This document shows, one piece after another, positions 50,801 to 57,395 of a DNA stretch of 64,000 nt (positions are counted from its first letter, which is position 1; each line of letters opens with the position of its first letter). The DNA is from Candidatus Kapaibacterium sp. (GTDB lineage: Bacteria > Bacteroidota > Ignavibacteria > Kapaibacteriales > HRBIN21): positions 5,715 through 69,714 of the forward strand of contig CALKEU010000005.1 in NCBI GenBank assembly GCA_938084565.1. The letters are read 5' to 3'. Made by a program: the position numbers and the translations under genes. A model generated the notes under the pieces. It made no database searches and had not been told where the DNA came from. It saw nothing but the letters and a program-made list of their open reading frames with translations.

Positions 50801-51315
50801 ACCCAGTGCCGCTGGCAGAGCATGCGTGGTTGCGAGGGCGTATCGACCGTATAGAGCTCGGCCGTCAGGGGCCAGAGGGAGCTCTCTCCATCGGTGTTGC
50901 CGATTACAAGAGTGGCCCCCTCCACCGGTATGCATCCTCTGACGACTGCCAGCGGGGGCTCCATTTACAGTTGCCGCTGTACCTGTGGGCGGCTCAACAG
51001 ATTCTGGCTCGTCACTATGCTCTGCAGGTGAAGCCCAGCTTTGCTGCTTTCTATGCCCTGCGCCCCCATCGGGACCGGCACGGTGGGAAGGCTGAGAAGG
51101 CGGAGCAGATACCTGTGCAGCTGGAGACCGCTCAGGACATGCTCGATAAAGCGTGTGAATACGCTCAGGATACCGTGGCACAGATTCGTGCTCGGATCTT
51201 CCCCGTGGCGCCGGCAAAGCGCACGCTATGCCGGGCTTGTCCGTATATAGCCCTGTGTCGTGTCAAGGAACTCCAGCCTAGGGAGAATGAAGAGACCGCT
51301 GGAGATACCTCCTGA
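47818..51315 (+). CDS. AddB/RexB-like PD-(D/E)XK nuclease with N-terminal inactivated helicase-like domain and C-terminal Fe-S nuclease domain
   Basis: The track ORF starts at 47530 inside ribE. The plausible start is the ATG at 47818 or the GTG at about 47889 (VAYLLFNPAA). It has a helicase motif-II-like LLVVEGFSDF and a C-terminal RecB-type nuclease region with Cys motifs (RRCPYRYF ... CRACPYIALC). Confidence 0.6.
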   Translation: MAARVSPEKLQFRPAKVGRRSQQVAYLLFNPAASARWRPPQCVLQGDNRFRVEQLLREAAAEDAPERLIALVPTERRVRWLKRQFFRWVAHFHQGKAAPEPFLFTLAGFLWNCFGRLFPPGRYILLSDAHRLMLYDEAASRAPLRFYRRGNAALPPALLEQLAQLIDGLRRDGITAAVLAERLAEAQHRGDPTVDGARLHDVVALAREYEALLGEELVDEPRGWALVSRALAEGGSRALQRLFPGAELLVVEGFSDFRAPELAFLQVLAQQELPVVIAVDYSPDNGPLFGNFQELVEHLRQAGYAAYSTDPIVLMNEQTPSEQRVFWPLGAYLRRWLFNTEREIRHPGLSPMVTIVECRDREQEVLLIARLVKDLLCRQGYQPHEIAVVMRQPERYSALFREIFALYGIPANVTDRFWLVQSPVAVAVLSLLGLPLNGFRRLELERLVYNPYVRLLRADGRPIDGVNLLTVAMRRRILGGHRCGGADGWRRQLTNACTFLERQLELVRADPYSDPLEREQLERELEACQRALDDFCSLSERLAWERYLYTPAEFLQLLTREILVGMGIYEAVVAAYRQLRQQPWRSDAEWLTVVERIERDARALTRLSELADEIVTLLQRRWGGEARPLADYVERFTAALRGERYQVREKPGAGVTVTSIEQTRGIPFRVLILCGAVDGEFPLPYRTEHLLGYALPQAEDRHRRAERMLFYHFLTNDSEALERQDLRFYITYPTLQEGEQLVRSPFVDELLKVTSLESDGCVINAPKVLRWLQGQEVEGEAADLERQYSRAPWLAVQGTVTEWKAVTWAEPEEQQTPQHSGQQTPQKVEPLQEFIGRYFSASELELYRRCPYRYFATHILRLRPLERAPLELSPLERGLLLHRIVYRFLRELQQRGQLIARPLRGELPPLQTAPLDGELSELYERLREIAREELQHVRFEHPWFRLEAEQLLGTDEQPGILQYWLNSEYDRRRNRPEFEPVAFEFGFGMHPTMADPVPLAEHAWLRGRIDRIELGRQGPEGALSIGVADYKSGPLHRYASSDDCQRGLHLQLPLYLWAAQQILARHYALQVKPSFAAFYALRPHRDRHGGKAEKAEQIPVQLETAQDMLDKACEYAQDTVAQIRARIFPVAPAKRTLCRACPYIALCRVKELQPRENEETAGDTS

Positions 51316-53755
51316 GAAGCTGCGGTGGCGCTGCCCGGAGGAGCTCTTTCCATTTGAGACGACTGACGAGTTGGAGCCCTTGGAGGAAATTGTTGGCCAG
51401 CCGCGGGCGGTGGAAGCACTGCGTCTGGGTGTGAGTTTGTGGGCTCCGGGCTACAATATCTACGTCTCTGGCCTCTCGGGAACGGGACGTCTGACAACTG
51501 TGCAGAGGATCCTCCAGGAGGTGGTGCAGGTCTGCCCTCCATTGTACGACTACTGCTACGTACACAACTTTCGCGAGCCCACGCGGCCACGGCTGCTCCG
51601 TCTACCCAAGGGACAAGGGCAGGCCTTTCGCGAGGCGCTCGAGAAGGCCGTAGCCCTTCTCCGAGAGCGTATCCCGCAACTCTTCGAGCGGGAGGATTTC
51701 CGCGCACAACGCCATGAACTCTTACACAATTACGAACAGCGCCATCGGCAGCTGCTGAACCAGTTTGAAGAGGAGCTCAAACAAGAGGGCTTCGTCCTCG
51801 GCCAACTGGAGACAGCCACGGGCGTAGAGCCGGAAATCTTCCCTGTCGTTGGAGACATCCCTATCACCATTGAAGAGCTCGACGATTACGTCCGCGGGCG
51901 GAAGCTTACCCTTGAGGAAGCTCAGGCCTTACGAAGGCGGTACGACGAGGCACGGTTCCGGCTACAAGAGCTGACGCGCTCGGCGGCGCGCCTCTGGCGT
52001 GAGTATCAACAGGCCCTCCGCGAACACGACCGCTCGGCCGTCATGGTGCTCATTCGCGGAATCTTTGCCGAGCTCCAGGAACGCTTTCCCTACGAGCCTA
52101 TCGGGCACTTCCTCACTGAGATTGAGCAGGACTTGCTCGAGCACCTCCATCTCTTTGTGTCCGATCCCCATGAGACCCCAGCGCAGATGGAACAGCGCCT
52201 CAAGCTCTTGGAGGAACACCTGCGCTACTACGGCGTGAACGTCATTGTGGACAATACCCACACCGAGTGCGCTCCCATCATCATAGAGACCACCCCGACG
52301 TACGCCAACTTGTTCGGTACTATCGACCGTTCCACGGAGGGACGTGGAGTCTGGGCAGCCGATTACCGTTCCATTCGTGCCGGCTCCGTTCTGCGGGCAG
52401 ACCAGGGCTATCTCATCCTCAATGCTCTCGATACTCTGTCGCAGCCGGGGGTCTGGCCGATGTTGAAGAATGTGGTGCTCTACGGCAAGCTGGATATCCA
52501 AACGTGGGATCCCCTCTTTGCGCTGCTGCCGGCCGGTATCAAGCCAGAGCCTGTCGCCGTACGGCTCAAAATCATCCTCATTGGTCCGGCCGAGCTCTAT
52601 ACGCTGCTCCACTTGCTGGATGAGGATTTCCCAAAGATGTTCAAGGTGCATGCACAGTTTGACACCGAAGCCCCGCGCTCGCCTGAGCTACTGCTTGCCT
52701 ATGCCCGTTTTATACGCAAGCTCAGTCAGCAGGAGGGGATTCTGCCGGCGCATCGGGGGGCTGTAGCAGCCCTAGCCGAGTGGGCCGCTGAATGGGCAGA
52801 GACACAGCGCAAGTTGACACTGCGTTTTAGCGATATAGCCGATGTCATCCGCGAGGCGCATTATCGAGCTCAGCAGCAGGGTGCTCAACGCCTGGAGCGA
52901 ATTCACGTCGAAGAGGCTCTCGAGGCCCGGCGCCGTCGGCACGACTTGCTCGATGAGAAAATCCGGGAGTACATCCTACAGGGGACACTGCTCATCGATA
53001 CGGAGGGCAAGCGTGTTGGGCAAATCAATGGATTGACCGTCTACTCGACGGGTACCTATAGCTTTGGTCGGCCAGTGCGCATTACTGCCTCTGTCGGCAT
53101 TGGGAGTGGGGGTATCCTCAGCATAGAACGAGAGGTCGAGCTCAGCGGGCGCATTCACAGCAAGGGGGTGCTGATTCTGGCCGGGCTCTTGCGCGAGCGC
53201 TTTGCCCATCGCCATCCTCTGGCCCTCTCTGCCTCGTTGACCTTTGAGCAGTCGTACTCCGATGTCGAAGGCGATAGCGCGTCAGCAGCCGAGCTCTATG
53301 CTCTGCTCTCTGCACTGGGCAATGTGCCTCTGCGACAGGATCTGGCCGTAACGGGTTCGGTGAGCCAGAAGGGGGATATCCAGCCTGTCGGGGGCATCAA
53401 TGAAAAGATCCGTGGCTTCTTCGAGGTCTGCCTTGCACGGGGTCTGACGGGGACACAGGGGGTTATCATCCCATGGCAGAACGTGGAGGACCTCATGCTG
53501 CCGGAGACCATCATCGATGCCGTGCGGGAGGGGCGCTTCCATATCTATGCTATCCGCCACTTCGAAGAGGCCATCCCGCTCTTGATGGGATTGCCCGCCG
53601 GGGTACAGCGTGCCGATGGCACGTATCCCCCGAATACACTCTTCGGGAAGGTGCAGCGCCGTTTGGAGCTCTTCTGGAGGCAATCCCAGGAGACGACTCA
53701 GCGGAGGCAGCGAAATAGCACGCTGAACCGTCGCCGCACTGTGCGTAAGCAATGA
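51260..53755 (+). CDS. Lon-like protease, LonC-type (degenerate AAA-like domain, S16 protease domain)
   Basis: N-terminus IVGQPRAVEALRLGVSL...GYNIYVSGLSGTGRLTT, a Walker A lacking the Lys. C-terminal Lon protease domain with Ser/Lys dyad context (EGDSASAAE ... SQKGDIQPVGGINEKI). 831 aa. Confidence 0.7.
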   Translation: MSRNSSLGRMKRPLEIPPEKLRWRCPEELFPFETTDELEPLEEIVGQPRAVEALRLGVSLWAPGYNIYVSGLSGTGRLTTVQRILQEVVQVCPPLYDYCYVHNFREPTRPRLLRLPKGQGQAFREALEKAVALLRERIPQLFEREDFRAQRHELLHNYEQRHRQLLNQFEEELKQEGFVLGQLETATGVEPEIFPVVGDIPITIEELDDYVRGRKLTLEEAQALRRRYDEARFRLQELTRSAARLWREYQQALREHDRSAVMVLIRGIFAELQERFPYEPIGHFLTEIEQDLLEHLHLFVSDPHETPAQMEQRLKLLEEHLRYYGVNVIVDNTHTECAPIIIETTPTYANLFGTIDRSTEGRGVWAADYRSIRAGSVLRADQGYLILNALDTLSQPGVWPMLKNVVLYGKLDIQTWDPLFALLPAGIKPEPVAVRLKIILIGPAELYTLLHLLDEDFPKMFKVHAQFDTEAPRSPELLLAYARFIRKLSQQEGILPAHRGAVAALAEWAAEWAETQRKLTLRFSDIADVIREAHYRAQQQGAQRLERIHVEEALEARRRRHDLLDEKIREYILQGTLLIDTEGKRVGQINGLTVYSTGTYSFGRPVRITASVGIGSGGILSIEREVELSGRIHSKGVLILAGLLRERFAHRHPLALSASLTFEQSYSDVEGDSASAAELYALLSALGNVPLRQDLAVTGSVSQKGDIQPVGGINEKIRGFFEVCLARGLTGTQGVIIPWQNVEDLMLPETIIDAVREGRFHIYAIRHFEEAIPLLMGLPAGVQRADGTYPPNTLFGKVQRRLELFWRQSQETTQRRQRNSTLNRRRTVRKQ

Positions 53756-54477
53756 GGTGGCCAACCGTGCGCATTGCTCCCTCTCTCTTGGCGGCCGATT
53801 TTGCTCGGCTCGGGGAAGAAGTAGCAGCCTGCGAGCGTGCCGGAGCCGATGTGCTGCATGTCGACGTGATGGATGGGCACTTCGTACCGAACCTTACCCT
53901 TGGGCCGCCTATTGTAGCGGCCCTCCGACCCCATACGAGGCTCCCCCTGGACTGCCACCTTATGATCACTGATCCCGAGCGCTACATCCCTGCCTTTGCT
54001 GAAGCCGGGGCCGATTGGATTTCCGTGCACGTAGAAGCTTGCCCCCATCTGCATCGCGCACTGACGTTGATCCGCACTCTGGGAAAGCGGGCCGGGATCG
54101 TGCTCAATCCGACCACTCCGCTGGCATATGCCTATGAGGCCATACCGTACTGCGACTTCATACTGCTGATGTCCGTCAACCCGGGCTTTGGGGGTCAAGA
54201 GTTCATCCCCGGCGTTGTCCATCGGATTGCGCAGCTTCGGGAGTACCTCGAACGCGCAGGGCTGGCTATGGATATCGAAGTTGATGGCGGTATCCATGCC
54301 GGCAATGTCGCCGAGGTCGTCCGCGCTGGAGCCACCATCATCGTCAGCGGTTCTGGAGTGTTCCGGGGGGAGCTGGCCGAGAATATCCGCACCTTGCGTC
54401 GTCTCATCGCCGCCGCGCTCGAGGCTCCTCCCCGAGCAAGTAGCCAAACCCGAGAGAGCCTGCCAAAGGAGCCTTGA
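53752..54477 (+). CDS. rpe: ribulose-phosphate 3-epimerase
   Basis: IAPSLLAADFARLGEE...VLHVDVMDGHFVPNLT...NPGFGGQ. Confidence 0.85.
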   Translation: MRWPTVRIAPSLLAADFARLGEEVAACERAGADVLHVDVMDGHFVPNLTLGPPIVAALRPHTRLPLDCHLMITDPERYIPAFAEAGADWISVHVEACPHLHRALTLIRTLGKRAGIVLNPTTPLAYAYEAIPYCDFILLMSVNPGFGGQEFIPGVVHRIAQLREYLERAGLAMDIEVDGGIHAGNVAEVVRAGATIIVSGSGVFRGELAENIRTLRRLIAAALEAPPRASSQTRESLPKEP

Positions 54478-55057
54478 GGCCAAGGTAGACACTCCAGGGA
54501 AAGTCGATGTAAGCAGCCCGTACCGCTGCTCCAATGGTATAGAGCCGGCCGTCCAGGACCAGATGTGACCGCGGCGAGAGGTGTACCGTCAGCCCGATAC
54601 CGCCTCCAGCCACACCCCAGGTGGTGCGCCGGAAACGCTGGGTATAAGGACCAAATTCTGCTGCACCTCCGACTTCCCCGAGAATGCTGAGCCCTAACGA
54701 TCCCAGTGGTATGGTGAGAGCAGGTTCCCCGAGCATAGCAATCCCGGTAACGAACTCCCTACCTATGCGGCCAGTGTAAGCCAGTGCTGTGCCGCGCAGC
54801 GAGAGAGATCGCGGCACAATGCTGAGGTGATAGCCTGCAGCAGCACCGAGGCTGGCAAAGCGCATGTCAACATCGATGTTGACGTCCTGACCGCCCGAGG
54901 CTGTAATCCCCACAGCTCCCATGGAGGTAGGCTGATCTGGAGGGAGGAGCAGTGGCCGCTCAAGGTGGTAGATGGCCGGGAAGTATATCGGACCGCAGCT
55001 ACTGAGGCAGAGGACGACTGCGAGCGTGCCTGTAACAGTCACAGCTCTCCGTCCCAT
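54404..55057 (-). CDS. hypothetical lipoprotein (possible small OM beta-barrel)
   Basis: Lipobox LSSCG. Gly-rich alternating pattern. 217 aa. Confidence 0.4.
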   Translation of the reverse strand: MGRRAVTVTGTLAVVLCLSSCGPIYFPAIYHLERPLLLPPDQPTSMGAVGITASGGQDVNIDVDMRFASLGAAAGYHLSIVPRSLSLRGTALAYTGRIGREFVTGIAMLGEPALTIPLGSLGLSILGEVGGAAEFGPYTQRFRRTTWGVAGGGIGLTVHLSPRSHLVLDGRLYTIGAAVRAAYIDFPWSVYLGLKAPLAGSLGFGYLLGEEPRARRR

Positions 55058-55800
55058 AGCCTCACCTCCGTGATGTGGGGCACAAGACCGTGGTAGTACA
55101 ACAATTCCAGGGTCTGTTCAGTAGCATCGGCGAGCGCCTCGCTCCAGCGCCAGTGGATGGTTCCATGGCGAGCCGGGGACGAGGAGGTGCTCTCGAGGAT
55201 AGCTTCTCTCGTCGGCAGCCCGGGTTGCACCAGGCGATCGAGCACTGTCGGCAGCTCTGCGGGCAGCTCCTCTGGGCGGCAGACCCAGAAAGCAACTGGC
55301 AGCATGTGGTCGAAGGCGACGTACCATTCCTCGGCCACATCCAGGCGGGCCATCTCTGGGCGATTTTCCTCCCAACTGATGACGGCATCGGCTTCGCACA
55401 GGGCCTCGTGGACACTTCTACCCGCAGCGGCCGTGAATGTGGGTTCCAGGTCGTAGATCTCCTTCAGCAGCAAGTGGAGAGCCTGTGTCAGAAAGGCAGT
55501 AAGTGATGGAGCGATGCAATGGGCGATAGTACGGATCTGCGGACGGAAGTAGAGCCACACGCGCTCGGTATAGCCTTCTAGGGCTAGAGCTCCGGTGGGC
55601 ACAATGCGATAGTCGGCCTGTCCAGCCAAGTTGCCGTAAGCCAGTGGGGAGAGGAGAGCGAGCTCAACACGATTGGTCCGCAGGAGCCGAGCGCATTCTT
55701 CCTCCGGGACGCGGAGGAGCTGTACACGGTCGACACTGGCACCTGCAGCCAGCAGCGGCGTGTAGAGGGCATCAATCGGAGCCGCAATGCGCAGCACCAT
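55039..55800 (-). CDS. MqnA-like (futalosine pathway chorismate dehydratase / DUF178 family)
   Basis: The start at 55800 (MVLRIAAPIDALYTPLL) matches the MqnA N-terminal pattern M.LRIG.I.YLN..PL. About 250 aa. Confidence 0.45.
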   Translation of the reverse strand: MVLRIAAPIDALYTPLLAAGASVDRVQLLRVPEEECARLLRTNRVELALLSPLAYGNLAGQADYRIVPTGALALEGYTERVWLYFRPQIRTIAHCIAPSLTAFLTQALHLLLKEIYDLEPTFTAAAGRSVHEALCEADAVISWEENRPEMARLDVAEEWYVAFDHMLPVAFWVCRPEELPAELPTVLDRLVQPGLPTREAILESTSSSPARHGTIHWRWSEALADATEQTLELLYYHGLVPHITEVRLWDGEL

Positions 55801-56365
55801 CAGTATGCGGAATCCTCTCTTCCTGCCACTTTCCGCGGCGGTAACACCGGAGGGCTTCATAGAGGACAATGCCAGCGGCTACTGCAACGTTGAGCGAATG
55901 CTTGGCTCCGTACATTGGGATAGCCAGAGCGCCATCGCAGTAGGCGAGTACCTCCGGTTGGATACCGACGATTTCATTGCCGAAGACGAAGGCGGCCGGG
56001 AAATCTGCCGGTGTCAGGCTGTCGTAGGGACGACTCTCATCGGTGAGTTCGACGGCGAAGACGCGGATGCGGCGATGCCGTAGCTCGGCCACCGCCTCGA
56101 CAGCAGAGCGCTGAACACGCCAGGGCACACTCTCGGTTGCCCCGAGCGCTGTCTTGTCAATCTCCGGCCGAGGAGGGGCTGGAGTGTAGCCGCAGAGGAT
56201 AATCTCTTGCGCTCTCACCGCATCGGCCGTCCGGAAAATAGAGCCAACGTTGTAGAGGCTGCGGATGTTGTCGAGCACAATGGTGATCGGATGCCGTGCC
56301 AGGTGCTGAAGTTCCTCCCGGCGATACCGCTGGCGGGAGAGTTCTTCGTAGGTGAGCTTGCGCAT
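55772..56365 (-). CDS. SpoU/TrmH-family RNA 2'-O-methyltransferase
   Basis: IVLDNIRSLYNVGSIFRTADA and the C-terminal FGNEIVGIQPEVLAYCD...IPMYGAKHSLNVAVAAGIVLYE. The start is set at the Met at 56365 (MRKLTYEEL); the longer track ORF extension is not credible. Confidence 0.7.
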   Translation of the reverse strand: MRKLTYEELSRQRYRREELQHLARHPITIVLDNIRSLYNVGSIFRTADAVRAQEIILCGYTPAPPRPEIDKTALGATESVPWRVQRSAVEAVAELRHRRIRVFAVELTDESRPYDSLTPADFPAAFVFGNEIVGIQPEVLAYCDGALAIPMYGAKHSLNVAVAAGIVLYEALRCYRRGKWQEERIPHTDGAAHCGSD

Positions 56366-56420
56366 GGAGAACGGCGGAAACGGTGTAATTTCCCTCAACG
56401 CATGCTGTGGATGCAGACGA

Positions 56421-57395
56421 ATGCCCTTCGTTGCCCTTGTGCTAGGGATAGTGCTGACGCGCTGGAGTACCTTCTGGCTGCTGCAGGGGGAGCTTGTCCC
56501 GGAAGCCTCTCGGGTATTCTGGGCCCCACGCAGTCCGAGCGTGGAAGCACTGCCGGCACCGGAGGCGACCGATACGACCTTGCGTTGGCTCGTCCTCGGT
56601 GATTGGGGGACCGGAGGGCAGATACAGCGCCGGGTTGCCCGGGCAATGGCTGAGGTGGCTCGCCGCGCACCAGTGCACTGGATTCTCAGCACGGGGGACA
56701 ATTTCTATCCCTCTGGTGTGCGCTCTGCTGATGACCCCCGATGGGAGAGCCACTTCGAACGGGTCTATGCCGAGAGCTCGCTCCGTGTGCCATGGTATCC
56801 TGTGCTCGGCAACCATGACTACCGTGGTCATCCCGATGCCCAGGTTGCTTACAGTCAGCGCAATCGGCTGTGGCGTATGCCAGCTCGGTATTACACTCAT
56901 GAGCACACGCTCCCTGATGGCACACCGGTTCTCTTTGTGGCTTTGGACACACAGGAGCTCCTGACGGGGCCAGATACGGCCCGTCGACGTCAGCTGCAGT
57001 GGCTTGAACGCACGCTACGGCGCTTCCCGCGGGGTTGGAAATTCGCCGTCGGGCACCATCCGCTGCGCTCTGCGGGTGCCTATGGGGAGAATGCTCAACT
57101 CCTGCGCCTCCTCAAACCGCTGTTCGATCGCTACGGCGTAGCAGCTTACTTCTGCGGCCATGAACATGATCTGCAACTCCTCCGCCACCCGGACGACCGC
57201 TTCGTCTGTGTAATCTCAGGTGCAGGCGGCGGCGTTCGCTCGACCTCTTACGGGCCTTTCACGCTCTTTGCGGCTGCCCAACCAGGCTTTGTCTACGCTG
57301 CGCTGGGGCCACAGACGCTACGGCTCTGGTTCATCGCTGCTGATGGCAGCATTCTAGCAGTAGAAACAGTCCCACGACCCGAGCCTCATCCATGA
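56421..57395 (+). CDS. metallophosphoesterase (purple acid phosphatase-like)
   Basis: GDWG, GDNFY, GNHDY and GHEHD motifs. The signal peptide is at the Met at 56421. Confidence 0.75.
   Translation: MPFVALVLGIVLTRWSTFWLLQGELVPEASRVFWAPRSPSVEALPAPEATDTTLRWLVLGDWGTGGQIQRRVARAMAEVARRAPVHWILSTGDNFYPSGVRSADDPRWESHFERVYAESSLRVPWYPVLGNHDYRGHPDAQVAYSQRNRLWRMPARYYTHEHTLPDGTPVLFVALDTQELLTGPDTARRRQLQWLERTLRRFPRGWKFAVGHHPLRSAGAYGENAQLLRLLKPLFDRYGVAAYFCGHEHDLQLLRHPDDRFVCVISGAGGGVRSTSYGPFTLFAAAQPGFVYAALGPQTLRLWFIAADGSILAVETVPRPEPHP

Noticed and set aside
56366-56701. N-terminal 112-aa extension of the SpoU ORF
   Set aside because: The Arg/Ser/Thr-rich low-complexity extension overlaps the phosphatase gene on the other strand. 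The conserved SpoU domain begins at the Met at 56365.
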